Of a stretch of 64,000 nt of DNA, positions 50,201 to 59,759 are shown in pieces (position 1 is the first letter of the stretch; each line of letters starts with the position of its first letter). The notes beneath the pieces were generated by a model. It saw nothing but the letters and a program-made list of their open reading frames with translations, was not told where the DNA came from and did not search any database. This stretch comes from Vulcanimicrobiota bacterium (GTDB lineage: Bacteria; Vulcanimicrobiota; Vulcanimicrobiia; Vulcanimicrobiales; Vulcanimicrobiaceae), in contig CAVZQC010000003.1 of assembly GCA_963777315.1 (NCBI GenBank), positions 44,344 to 108,343 on the forward strand, written 5' to 3'. A program made the position numbers and the translations under genes.

Positions 50201-51349
50201 AGTTGTCTGAGCGCTTGTGCATCGAGCGCTGCGCTTTCGACGCTGCGTTGATTCGCTTGGAAACGCAAGGGCAGGTACTGCGCGGGCGATTCTGCGGGCA
50301 AGGCGATCAGTGGTGTAACCGTCGGGTGCTCGCCCGCATTCATCGCCGTACGCTGGGACAGTTGCGGCGCGAAATCGAGCCCGTCACTTCCTCCCAGTTC
50401 GTTCGCTTTTTGCACCGCTGGCAGCACGTCGCGCCGGCAGCGCGGCTGCACGGGCTGGACGGAACGCTGCAGATCGTCCGGCAACTCGAAGGCTACGAAA
50501 TTCCCGCAGCGGCGTGGGAAACCCATATTTTGCCCTGCCGCGTAACCGGATACCGCGGCGAATACTTGGATAAGTTATGCTATTCCGGTGAAATCATGTG
50601 GGGCCGGCTGTCGCCGCATCCGGTGCTCGCAAGCCAAGATGAGGAAACGGCGCGCCGCATTCGCCCCACGAAACTTGCGCCGATTTCGCTGTTCCGGCGC
50701 GAAAGTCTCCGATGAACTGATCGTCCGCAACGCAACCGGGACGGCCGGCCTTTCTCGCGTGTCCAGAGAAGTTCTGCAGGAAATCGAACGCCGCGGTGCT
50801 CCGTTCTTCGGCGACGTCGTGCGTGCCGTCAAACGATTGCCCAGCGAAGTCGAGGAAGCGCTTTGGCAACTTGTTGCGGCGGGTTTGGTTACCGCCGATG
50901 GATTCGATGCGCTGCGTTCGCTGATCGATTCCAAGCGGCGGCTGGGCGAAAAAGGTCTGCGCGCGCGCCCGCGATCCTCGAGCGGCCGCTGGACCATCCT
51001 CGCGTCCGCCGCCGAAGGCATCGATGCAGAACGCTTCGCGCGCCGCCTGCTCAGCCGATGGGGCGTGGTGTTTCGGGATATTATCGCTCGCGAGAGCCTC
51101 GCGCCGCCGTGGCGAGAATTACTGCTCGCGCTGCGCCGCATGGAGGCTCGCGGAGAAATTCGCGGCGGCCGTTTCGTTTCGGGATTCGTCGGAGAGCAGT
51201 TCGCCCTGCCCGAGGCCATCGAAGCGTTGCGCGCTTCTCGCCGCAGCGGCGACGATAGCGAGCTCACGCGCGTCAACGCGTACGATCCGCTGCAACTGAG
51301 CGGAGTGGTTTTGCCGGGTTCGACGCGCGAGTTGCTTTCCGTCAGCTGA
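47260..51349 (+). CDS. lhr: Lhr-family ATP-dependent helicase interrupted by a single-base frameshift near 50710
   Basis: APTGSGKT, YVSPLKALSND, DEIH, GLSAT, SLELGID, QRIGRSGH. The C-terminal domain (RRMEARGEIRGGRFV..GEQFA) continues in the next frame (FRRESL/DELIVR). Confidence 0.88.
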
Positions 51350-51412
51350 GCTGCGCAGGCCTGCGCAGGGACCCATGTGCGGCGGCAGAGCTGAACAAAC
51401 GCCGGCTACTGG

Positions 51413-52243
51413 CTACGGGTGGCAGGCAAGGTCCAGCATTCGCGTCCACGCCAGCGCGCGACGCGGATGCGACGGGTCGAACCCACCATTGCCGTAATGA
51501 TCACTGGAGTATCCCCCGAACGACGACCCGTCGCTGCTCATCACGCCGGTAATCCTGTCGCCGGCCATGCCCGTACCGGCGATAAACGACCATTCATCCA
51601 CGTAGCGCACCGCGTGCGAATCATCGTACATTTCTCCGTAGGAGTCGCCGAAGAGCGGGCTTTTCGCGTCGTCGTAGCCCAGGAACATGCCGTGGTCTTC
51701 GGCCCAAAGGACGAGTGCGTCATCCTGGCCGACGCCGATATTCAAGCAGCCGTATCCGTCGACGCGCTGCGTCGGCCAAATAGTGGCCATAGAGTACGTG
51801 CGCCACGTTCCGGCAGGCGTCATCGCATTGTGCATACTTGGCCGGCGCAGTACTGCCTGTCCTGAAAAGAACGGATTGCTGAATGAACCCTTCCATGCCA
51901 TATCGCTCGAGTCGAATGTCAAATCCAGCGTAACGGCAAATTCGCCGCCCGCGCTTGGCGTTTGATGAAACCGCAAGCGCCCCGTTCGCATAACGAACAC
52001 CCCGCCGGCGCCGCTGCTCCACCATGTTCGCTCGGTTTTTCCCGCTTTTCGAACGTAAGTATCCAGGCGGAGCAACCGCACTGTTTCGTTTGCGTTCGTT
52101 GTAACTTGCAGCGAAAAGCCGGCAACTTCGCCCGGGGCTACGAGGCCCTCCCATGGCCCGGCGAGCTGCGCCGGCGGCGTAAGATTCTGCCCGATCTCGA
52201 TGTTCGGCTGCAATACGCCAAGGAGCATCAGTGCAAGAAGCAT
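51413..52243 (-). CDS. Hypothetical protein, probably secreted
   Basis: Hydrophobic N-terminus; two beta-rich halves each starting LAGPW/PAGTW. Confidence 0.6.
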   Translation of the reverse strand: MLLALMLLGVLQPNIEIGQNLTPPAQLAGPWEGLVAPGEVAGFSLQVTTNANETVRLLRLDTYVRKAGKTERTWWSSGAGGVFVMRTGRLRFHQTPSAGGEFAVTLDLTFDSSDMAWKGSFSNPFFSGQAVLRRPSMHNAMTPAGTWRTYSMATIWPTQRVDGYGCLNIGVGQDDALVLWAEDHGMFLGYDDAKSPLFGDSYGEMYDDSHAVRYVDEWSFIAGTGMAGDRITGVMSSDGSSFGGYSSDHYGNGGFDPSHPRRALAWTRMLDLACHP

Positions 52244-52298
52244 GGCGTCTATTTCTATCGAAACACGGCGCGCCGGCGTGACGCGTCACGTGCAGTTC

Positions 52299-52667
52299 CT
52301 AGCGCGAACCGTCGATGATTTCTATGCGGTTGCCGAATGGATCGGCGATATAGCAATGCGCCTTGCCTTCGAGCGGCAACAGGTCCGGCGTTACTGCAAT
52401 GCCTCGATCGGCAAGCCGATTCAACAGTTGCGCATAGTTCGAGCATGTCAGGGCCGGATGCCCTTTCTGTGCCGGGGCGAATGCGGGATCGACGCCGAGA
52501 TGGATGGTTGCGTCACCGCCGCGAAACCACGTGCCGCCGCGTGCAGCCAGAGCCGCAGGTTTCGGGACTTCTTCTAAGCCCAGGATACCGGCATAGAATT
52601 CACGTGCCGCGGGTTCGCCGCCGGCCGGCATTGCGATTTGCACGTGGTCGATTGAGTATCGAAACAT
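52299..52667 (-). CDS. VOC/glyoxalase family protein
   Basis: IDHVQIAMP.GGE..AREFY..ILGL.EVPKP, IHLGV, DPFGNRIE. Confidence 0.9.
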   Translation of the reverse strand: MFRYSIDHVQIAMPAGGEPAAREFYAGILGLEEVPKPAALAARGGTWFRGGDATIHLGVDPAFAPAQKGHPALTCSNYAQLLNRLADRGIAVTPDLLPLEGKAHCYIADPFGNRIEIIDGSR

Positions 52668-52728
52668 AGCCAATGCTGAACTGGCCATTCGCGCAAAATC
52701 GCGGCTCTCCGCCGAGGCCGGCTGCTGG

Positions 52729-53121
52729 TCATTGATTCAGATCGAATAGCACGGAGAAGAGGTACGCGCCTTGGACGGGCTTGCAGTCGACGATCTTAGG
52801 CGAATAGGTGCTGCCCTTCGCTGCGTTGAGTACGGCTTGATCGAAGGCCGCATCTCCGGTGGACCGTTCGATACGCGCGCTTACGACTTCACCATTTGGA
52901 CCTATGGTTACGCGCGAGGTTCCCGTCACGGTTCCATGGAGCTTTTCGCCTTTCGGTATGTCCGGTGTCTTGCCATGCGCTACGGCTACGTCGGCATTTG
53001 GAGTCACACAACCCTTTCCGGCGGCCGCCACGGCGGGTGCGGTGAAGGACGCCGGCGCGGGTGCGTACGCGAATGCGGGTGATACTAACTGGAGCGCAAG
53101 CGCGATAATGGCGAAGAGCAT
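52729..53121 (-). CDS. TonB C-terminal domain protein
   Basis: Signal peptide; VTIGPNG.V.SARIERSTG.AAFDQAVL.AA..STY.P..VDCKP; GGAGG RBS. Confidence 0.8.
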   Translation of the reverse strand: MLFAIIALALQLVSPAFAYAPAPASFTAPAVAAAGKGCVTPNADVAVAHGKTPDIPKGEKLHGTVTGTSRVTIGPNGEVVSARIERSTGDAAFDQAVLNAAKGSTYSPKIVDCKPVQGAYLFSVLFDLNQ

Positions 53122-53371
53122 AAACGTTCCTCCGATAGCGTAGTAATTCGAGCTTCACTTTATACTCAAGCATTGAACACAGCAGCGCTTGGACCGACCG
53201 CGCAAGCAGGATTCCAGCGATATCGCCGCGCAGAAGGTTCGCGCGCGTGGTCGATGACGTCTGCGAGTTCATCGTGAGAAGCATATCGCGAAGTGCGGCC
53301 GGATTGTAATCGCAGCCTACGGCAGAGGGCGCCCGTTGTCAACCAGATCTCTCATGGAGCAGAATTTCCTT

Positions 53372-53773
53372 ATGCACAGCAACTCTTGGACCTTCGCCCC
53401 GTACCTGCACGTTGAAAATGCGGCTGCAGCCATCGATTGGTACGTGCGCGTTCTCGGTGCAGTCGAGCGCGAACGCCATGAAATGGACGGGGGCATCGTT
53501 CACGCCGAAGTGGACTTGCACGGACACTTGGTTTGCCTTGCCGATTTGAACACCGGGATACCGCGGCCCGAGCATTACAATCAAGTCGCCATTTCGCTGT
53601 ACGCCGTAGTGCCCGACGTGGACTCCGTCTTCAAACGGGCGATCGATGCCGGCGCAACGGTCGATCGCGACGTTGCCGATCAGCCGTACGGCTATCGTAA
53701 CGGCAGCTTCGTCGACCCGTTCGGACACGTATGGTTCGTTTCAACGCCGATTGCCGGAGCCGCGCCTTCGTGA
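53372..53773 (+). CDS. VOC family protein (PhnB-like)
   Basis: PYLHVENAAAAIDWY, IVHAEV, VPDVDSVF.RAIDAGA, DPFGHVW. Confidence 0.88.
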   Translation: MHSNSWTFAPYLHVENAAAAIDWYVRVLGAVERERHEMDGGIVHAEVDLHGHLVCLADLNTGIPRPEHYNQVAISLYAVVPDVDSVFKRAIDAGATVDRDVADQPYGYRNGSFVDPFGHVWFVSTPIAGAAPS

Positions 53774-54189
53774 ATCGCGCCGTCGCGATCGCGCTCGCAG
53801 CCCTCGTGGCGGCATGCGCGAGCGTGCAAGCAGCGCAGCCGCGAACGATCGTCGCGCGGCCAGAAACCCGGACTACCGTTGGCCTGGGGGATGTGATCGT
53901 CTTTCCGATCTACGACTCCCGCCATGCGGTTATGGCCTACGGCAGTGTGCTTGAGCGATTGGGCGCGCGTTCGATCGCACGGCACGATCTGTGGAACGAC
54001 ATGCATCTCAAACCGCCGCCAAGCTGGCATATGTCGCGTGCGCTCGATGACGCCGCATCGGACCGAGGCGAGGCGTTTCGCGCTATCCGGCGCGGCTCGG
54101 GTAGCGCGAACGTGCTCCTCACCCTGCCGCGGATGAAACAGCAGTGCGTCAGTTGCCGCACCGTCCACTACTTCGTTACCGTACGTTAA
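53770..54189 (+). CDS. Hypothetical exported/lipoprotein with C-terminal CxxC
   Basis: GTGA overlap; MNRAVAIALAALVAAC; CVSCRTVHYFVTVR. Confidence 0.55.
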   Translation: MNRAVAIALAALVAACASVQAAQPRTIVARPETRTTVGLGDVIVFPIYDSRHAVMAYGSVLERLGARSIARHDLWNDMHLKPPPSWHMSRALDDAASDRGEAFRAIRRGSGSANVLLTLPRMKQQCVSCRTVHYFVTVR

Positions 54190-54219
54190 ACGAAGCGATC
54201 CGAAAGGAACGAGTATAGA

Positions 54220-54564
54220 ATGAAAGACGTCTCCCTCATCGTCTATCCGGCAGCGGACATGGCAAAAGCCAAGCGCTTCTTTAGCGAGCTGATCGGCGCC
54301 GACCCCTATGCGGATAGTGCCTATTACGTCGGCTACAAGAGCGGCGATATGGAAATTGGACTCGTCCCGAACGCGGATAACCGCGAACCGAACGGGCTTG
54401 CGTACTGGACCGTGAGCGACATCAGCGCGAGCGTGAGAGCCCTCGTGGACGCGGGCGGCACGGTGGTGCAAGACATTACCGACGTCGCCCAAGGATTACT
54501 GGTCGCCAGCGTCAAGGAACCCAACGGCAACATCGTGGGGTTACGGCAACCGCCCAAGGGCTAA
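54220..54564 (+). CDS. VOC/glyoxalase family protein
   Basis: YPAADMAKAK.FF, YYVGY, YWTVSDI, EPNGNIVGLRQ. Confidence 0.88.
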   Translation: MKDVSLIVYPAADMAKAKRFFSELIGADPYADSAYYVGYKSGDMEIGLVPNADNREPNGLAYWTVSDISASVRALVDAGGTVVQDITDVAQGLLVASVKEPNGNIVGLRQPPKG

Positions 54565-54578
54565 GGGATATTCTCGAC

Positions 54579-54977
54579 ATGAACAAGACGGCAATCTCGA
54601 AAGATGGCACGTCTGCCTCTCAGCTCATCGACGCGAGAATCAAAGAGCTCGGCGATTGGCGGGGCGAGACGCTCGCAAAGATGCGCAGACTCATCAAAAA
54701 AGCCGACCCAAAAGTCGTCGAGGAGTGGAAGTGGAGAGGCGTGCCCGTCTGGTCTCACGGTGGAATGATCTGCACGGGCGAGACCTACAAGAGCGTCGTC
54801 AAGCTGACCTTTGCCAAGGGCGCCAAGCTCAAAGATCCAAAGCGGCTCTTCAACTCCAGTCTCGAGGGCAACGTCCGTCGTGCCATCGACCTGCACGAAG
54901 GCGAAAAGATCGACGAGACCGCATTCGAAGCGCTCATTCGCCAGGCCGTCGCGCTGAACGAGTCCTCGGCCCGCTAG
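54579..54977 (+). CDS. DUF1801 domain protein
   Basis: DWRGETL..MR.LI..ADP.VVEEWKW, ICTGETYK, LFNSSLEGNVRRAID. Confidence 0.9.
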   Translation: MNKTAISKDGTSASQLIDARIKELGDWRGETLAKMRRLIKKADPKVVEEWKWRGVPVWSHGGMICTGETYKSVVKLTFAKGAKLKDPKRLFNSSLEGNVRRAIDLHEGEKIDETAFEALIRQAVALNESSAR

Positions 54978-55576
54978 TCCGCTTTCGCCACGACGTCGCG
55001 ACACGCAGCCGCCGCCGGTTCGAATTCGTTCGTGAACAAGTCTGCGACATACTCGTACATATTTGGGTCGATGCGTCGCAGCCGCTCGCGCGTTGCGCGC
55101 GGCCAAAACGAGTGCGCGTCGTTGACCTCGACGTAGGCGCGCAGACATTCGGCAAAGTATTCGTCCGCGCCGGTGGCTGCGTAGGGAGTGACATAGGCGC
55201 CGGCTTGCGCGAATAGGGCGCGCAGCACCGGATCGCTTCCCGAGCGGTAAACGCCTTGCCCCAGCGCGCAGTCCAGCGCATGACCGAATTCGTGAGCGAC
55301 CGTCATCGGGCTGCGCGAGCGAAGGTACACGGTGCGTTCTTCGACGACGAACAGACCTGCCGGCGGGGCGGGCCATGCGTCGACGTTCACTTTGAGCCGG
55401 CGCAGCGCTGCGGAACGATCGTCGTACCGCTGGCCGCCATGCAGGGGCACGACGCGAATGCCGTTGCGATACGCAAAGGCTACGGCGCCCGTACCGAAGC
55501 GGTTCAGGGTGCGAACCACGCAGAGCGATTCGCGCGGAGAGGCAGGATCGAGCAATAGCGCGGCATCGGCACTCAT
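54974..55576 (-). CDS. Zinc metallopeptidase, anthrax-lethal-factor/MtfA-like fold
   Basis: VAHEFGHALD (HExxH), YAATGADEYFAE, LRRIDPNMYEYV; no signal peptide. Confidence 0.75.
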   Translation of the reverse strand: MSADAALLLDPASPRESLCVVRTLNRFGTGAVAFAYRNGIRVVPLHGGQRYDDRSAALRRLKVNVDAWPAPPAGLFVVEERTVYLRSRSPMTVAHEFGHALDCALGQGVYRSGSDPVLRALFAQAGAYVTPYAATGADEYFAECLRAYVEVNDAHSFWPRATRERLRRIDPNMYEYVADLFTNEFEPAAAACRDVVAKAD

Positions 55577-55693
55577 TCGCGCCAGTATCGCGCACGGATA
55601 TTGCCGCGGAATGTGCCGCTCGTTGCGGCGCGGCGCTAACGGTGGGAGCAGGCCGCCTCGACAGGGTATAAACGGCGCGAGGAGGGACCCGCC

Positions 55694-56983
55694 ATCGAAA
55701 GCGTCGAGCGTTTTGCATCGGACGACCCGTTTGCGCGCATCGCGGCAGCGGTTCTTCGCAGCATATTCGGCGAGCGATACGCCCAGCGGTTCGCCGTTCG
55801 CCTGTGGGAAGGTACCGAGATTCCCGCTTCGGGTGAGCGGCTCTTCACCTTGCACGTCAACCATCCCGGAGCGCTGCGCACGGCGTTCAAGCCGCCGGTC
55901 GATCTGAACGCCGGCCGTGCGTTTACGGCGGGACTGCTCGACGTGAGCGGCGACGTTGAAGCAGCCGTCGACGAACTGCTCGACGTGATGCGCACTCCGA
56001 GCGGTCCGGCGCTGCTGCGCCTGACCATGCTGTTGCGGCGTCTTCCCACAGCGCCGTTGCCGCCGCTGCGCGAAGCGCACTTATCGGGCAAGCGGCATTC
56101 GCTCGAGCGCGATCGTGCCGCGATCGGATTTCACTACGACCAGCCCGTCGCATTCTACCGGTCGTTTTTGGATCCGCAGCTCGTGTACTCGTGCGCGTAT
56201 TTCGATACGGACGTCAGTTCGCTCGAGCAAGCGCAGCGGGCCAAGATCGATCACGCGCTGCGAAAGCTGCGGCTCAAGCCCGGCGAGCGATTATTGGACG
56301 TCGGATGCGGCTGGGGCGCGCTGGTCGTGCGCGCGGCGCGCGAGTTCGGCGCCTACGTGCTGGGCGTAACCTTGAGCGAACGCCAAGTGGAAGAAGGGCG
56401 CAAGCGCATCCGCGAGGCCGGCCTGGAAGAACGCGCAAGCGTAGAGCGTTGGGATTACCGCGAGTTGCCCGCTACGACGTTCGACAAGATCGTCAGCGTC
56501 GGCATGTTCGAGCACGTCGGCCGGGCGAAATTGCCCGAATATTTCGCAGGTGCGTTCCGGCTGCTCAAAAGCGGCGGCTTATTTTTGAATCACGGCATCG
56601 CCAACCAGAGCGCGTCGCGTTCGGGTCGGGCCTCGGGCTTTATGGAGCGCTTCATTTTTCCCGACGGCGAATTGGTCAGCGTTTCGGATGCGCTGCAGGT
56701 CGCGGAGTCCGCCGGTTTCGAGGTGCGCGACGTGGAAAATCTGCGAGAGCATTACACGCGCACACTGCGCGCGTGGGTGTCGAACTTGGAACGCAATCGG
56801 CAGGCCGCGGTGCAAGCCGCCGGCGAGCAGTCGTATCGGGCGTGGCGTTTGTATATGGCCGGCAGCGCGCAAGGATTCCGCGTCGGACGGATGGGGCTGT
56901 TTCAAGCGCTGCTGGCAAAGGCAAATAAAGACGGCGCGGTGCCGTTGCCGGCCACGCGCCGCGATCTGTACGCCCAGAATTAG
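55694..56983 (+). CDS. cfa: Cyclopropane-fatty-acyl-phospholipid synthase family methyltransferase
   Basis: FAVRLWEG, AIGFHYD, YSCAYF, LLDVGCGWG, SVGMFEHVG, HYTRTLRAW. Apparent ATC start at 55694. Confidence 0.9.
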   Translation: MESVERFASDDPFARIAAAVLRSIFGERYAQRFAVRLWEGTEIPASGERLFTLHVNHPGALRTAFKPPVDLNAGRAFTAGLLDVSGDVEAAVDELLDVMRTPSGPALLRLTMLLRRLPTAPLPPLREAHLSGKRHSLERDRAAIGFHYDQPVAFYRSFLDPQLVYSCAYFDTDVSSLEQAQRAKIDHALRKLRLKPGERLLDVGCGWGALVVRAAREFGAYVLGVTLSERQVEEGRKRIREAGLEERASVERWDYRELPATTFDKIVSVGMFEHVGRAKLPEYFAGAFRLLKSGGLFLNHGIANQSASRSGRASGFMERFIFPDGELVSVSDALQVAESAGFEVRDVENLREHYTRTLRAWVSNLERNRQAAVQAAGEQSYRAWRLYMAGSAQGFRVGRMGLFQALLAKANKDGAVPLPATRRDLYAQN

Positions 56984-57146
56984 GGAACCTCTGAAAAAGT
57001 CCCACGCAGTCCATCGCTATGTCGCTTTTCGTCCGGTTCATCGTTGCTGCGGCGGCCACAATGCGCTGCATTGCGTCCGTCCTCGCGCCTCGAACCGACC
57101 AAAAATCGCCACGGCGCTGCACCACGGAGACTTCTTCAGAGATTCC
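56984..57146. mobile_element. 163-bp MITE-like element
   Basis: Terminal inverted repeats GGAACCTCTGAAAAAGTC / GACTTCTTCAGAGATTCC (16/18 match), TAG on both flanks, nested internal inverted repeats, no transposase. Confidence 0.7.
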
Positions 57147-57457
57147 TAGGACATCGGCGGCGGAACGGTATGTCCTTCGGGCTCGAGGCTGATCGTTTCG
57201 GTGGTGCTCCACAGCTCGATCTCGCGGGTCCTGGGCTGCGGCTCGTCGTTGCCGCGACGCGCAATCGCAAGTCCCACGGCAACCGCTAGCGCGAGCGCTG
57301 CAGGAACGGCAAACCATAACCACGTCGGCACGCGCGACTCACCTTGGAGGTGCAGGCGCTCGCGTTCGCAGTCCGCATGCTCGGGGTCGTCGTCCAGAAA
57401 AACGTTGCGATGCTTGGGGCATTTGTTGTTCAGGCAGGTGTAATAGGCGGTCGTCAT
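57146..57457 (-). CDS. Small membrane protein with Cys/His-rich N-terminus
   Basis: MTTAYYTCLNNKCPKH..PEHADC, then one TM helix. Confidence 0.6.
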   Translation of the reverse strand: MTTAYYTCLNNKCPKHRNVFLDDDPEHADCERERLHLQGESRVPTWLWFAVPAALALAVAVGLAIARRGNDEPQPRTREIELWSTTETISLEPEGHTVPPPMS

Positions 57458-57523
57458 GGCCCAACTATACCCGCCTGCGGCGGCCTTGAAGTTTGGCACC
57501 GATGTGCTATATTAAAAGTATCA

Positions 57524-57934
57524 ATGCGAAAAACGAGCAGCCCGCCGCGGGCGGCGGATGAGGTTCTCCGGGGTCCGGTCAAGAGCAAAACAATCTTGCC
57601 CGTGCTGCTGCTCCATCTGCTCGCGCAGCGGTCCGATCACGGCCTGGCGCTCATGCAGCGCGTGGAAGCGTTATGCGGGGGCTTGCTGGCTGTAAATACC
57701 AATACCGTCTACCCGCTGCTGCGCAGGCTCGAAGAGCGCGGCTTCGTGACGGGTGAATGGGAGCATCCCAGCAAGCGATCGCGCCGCCGTTACTCGATCA
57801 CGCGCGCGGGCCTCGAGCGTCTCGAGCGCATCAAAGCCAACATGCTGCCGTATCTGACCATGCTTGCCGAGTCGGTCCAGCGACTGCGAAGCGAGTTGTA
57901 CGACGGCACCGAACGCACTTCCATAGCCAGCTAG
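57524..57934 (+). CDS. PadR family transcriptional regulator
   Basis: VYPLLRRLEERGFV.GEW, RRRYSIT.AG. Confidence 0.9.
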   Translation: MRKTSSPPRAADEVLRGPVKSKTILPVLLLHLLAQRSDHGLALMQRVEALCGGLLAVNTNTVYPLLRRLEERGFVTGEWEHPSKRSRRRYSITRAGLERLERIKANMLPYLTMLAESVQRLRSELYDGTERTSIAS

Positions 57935-57951
57935 AAAAGCGAGTTGAATCC

Positions 57952-59757
57952 ATGAGTAGCTATCAAGCGCCCCTGCGCGATATGCAGTTCGTTCTTCACG
58001 AACTCGCCGCGCTCGACGAAGTTGCCCGTCTTCCCGGTTGCGAGGACGTGCTCGATTCCGCCGAACCGATTCTGGACGAAGCTGCGCGATTCGCCGCCGA
58101 AGTGCTCGATCCGATCAATCAAATCGGCGACCAAGAAGGCTGCACGTGGAAGGACGGCCAGGTCACCACGCCTGCAGGCTTCAAAGAAGCATACGCGCAG
58201 TTTGCCAAAGCAGGTTGGATTGGTTTGCCGGTGCCGCCGCAGTACGGTGGACAAGGCTTACCGTCGCTCATGCTCGGGCCGACGCTCGAGATGTGGAACG
58301 CTTCGAACATCGGCTTCGCGAACGGTCCGCTGCTCAACCAGGGCGCGATTGAAGCGATCGAATTGGTCGGCTCCGACGAGCAGAAAAAGACCTACATACC
58401 GCGGCTGGTGGACGGAACCTGGACGGGCACCATGTGCCTGACCGAACCGCAAGCGGGCTCGGATCTCGCGCAGGTGCGCACGAAAGCCGTTCCGGACGGC
58501 GATCGATACCGCATCACGGGTCAAAAGATCTTTATCACGTTCGGCGAGCACGACATGGCCGAAAACATCGTGCACTTGGTGCTCGCGCGGCTGCCCGGCG
58601 CGCCGGAAGGCACCAAAGGCATATCGCTGTTCATCGTGCCGAAGTTCTTGGTCAATCCGGACGGCTCGCTCGGCGAACGCAACGACGTCGAATGTGCCGG
58701 CATCGAGCACAAAATGGGCATCAACGGCAATCCCACCTGCACGATGAACTACGGCGAGAAAACCGGCGCGGTCGGGTATTTGGTCGGTGCTGCGAACGAA
58801 GGCCTCAAGTACATGTTCGTCATGATGAATGCCGCGCGTTTCAGCGTGGGCGTACAGGGTCTCGCGCTTGCCGATCGCGCCTACCAAAGCGCCTTGGCGT
58901 ATGCCAAGGAGCGCGTGCAGTTCCGCGACGTTGCTTCGCGTTCGCCCGAACCGCGCCGGATCATCGAGCATCCCGACGTTCGCCGGATGCTCATGTCGAT
59001 GAAGGCGCAAATCGAAGCCATGCGCGCCCTGTCGTACGTCACCGCTGCATCGCTCGATTTTGCGCAAAAGCATCCCGACGAGAAAGTGCGGCGGGAACAC
59101 AAGTCCTTCGTCGATCTGATGATTCCGGTCGTCAAAGGCTGGTGCACCGAAACCGCAATCGACATCTGTTCCAACGCGCTGCAGGTTTTCGGAGGCATCG
59201 GCTATATCGAGGAAACGGGCATCGCACAGCAATACCGCGACGTGCGCATCACCACGATTTACGAAGGCACCACCGGCATCCAAGCGCTGGATTTGGTCGG
59301 CCGCAAGCTCGCGCAGGACATGGGCGCGACCGCAACGCGCGTCATCAACCAGATGCAGCAGACGTGCGGCGCCATGCCCCCGTCGCTCTCATCGATGGCG
59401 CAATTCCTCAAGGCGGCAACCGACGATTTGGCGCAAGCCTCGCAATTCATCGGCATGACCGCAATGGGCGATCTGCACAAGGCCGTGGCCTGCAGCGTTC
59501 CCTATCTCAAACTGTGGGGGATTACCGCCGGCGGATGGCAGATGGCACGGGCTGCATCCGCGGCTGCGTCCAAGATCGCAGCGGGCGATGCGGACGAATT
59601 TTATGCCGCAAAGCTGGCGACGGCGGCATTCTACGCCACCCACGTCCTCTCGCAAAGCGCGTATCTCAAACGGCAGATCGTCGACGGGTCCGGCGACGTC
59701 ATGGCGCTGCCTGAAGCGCAGTTCGATTTGGATCGCAAATCGGCGGTAGTTGCCTGA
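57952..59757 (+). CDS. Acyl-CoA dehydrogenase
   Basis: GTMCLTEPQAGSDL, GQKIFITFGEHD, EHKMGI, IYEGTTGIQALDL. Confidence 0.95.
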   Translation: MSSYQAPLRDMQFVLHELAALDEVARLPGCEDVLDSAEPILDEAARFAAEVLDPINQIGDQEGCTWKDGQVTTPAGFKEAYAQFAKAGWIGLPVPPQYGGQGLPSLMLGPTLEMWNASNIGFANGPLLNQGAIEAIELVGSDEQKKTYIPRLVDGTWTGTMCLTEPQAGSDLAQVRTKAVPDGDRYRITGQKIFITFGEHDMAENIVHLVLARLPGAPEGTKGISLFIVPKFLVNPDGSLGERNDVECAGIEHKMGINGNPTCTMNYGEKTGAVGYLVGAANEGLKYMFVMMNAARFSVGVQGLALADRAYQSALAYAKERVQFRDVASRSPEPRRIIEHPDVRRMLMSMKAQIEAMRALSYVTAASLDFAQKHPDEKVRREHKSFVDLMIPVVKGWCTETAIDICSNALQVFGGIGYIEETGIAQQYRDVRITTIYEGTTGIQALDLVGRKLAQDMGATATRVINQMQQTCGAMPPSLSSMAQFLKAATDDLAQASQFIGMTAMGDLHKAVACSVPYLKLWGITAGGWQMARAASAAASKIAAGDADEFYAAKLATAAFYATHVLSQSAYLKRQIVDGSGDVMALPEAQFDLDRKSAVVA

Positions 59758-59759
59758 CC

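Noticed and set aside
51351..51368. Perfect palindrome CTGCGCAGGCCTGCGCAG between convergent genes
   Set aside because: GC-rich, single copy and without a U-tract; cannot be distinguished from chance or a weak terminator.
53130..53335. Possible gene remnant (minus strand DYNPAALRDMLL..)
   Set aside because: Too short, with no start or recognisable motif to support a call.
54135..54189. CVSCRTVH as a heme c site
   Set aside because: Not CxxCH; the His is four residues after the second Cys.
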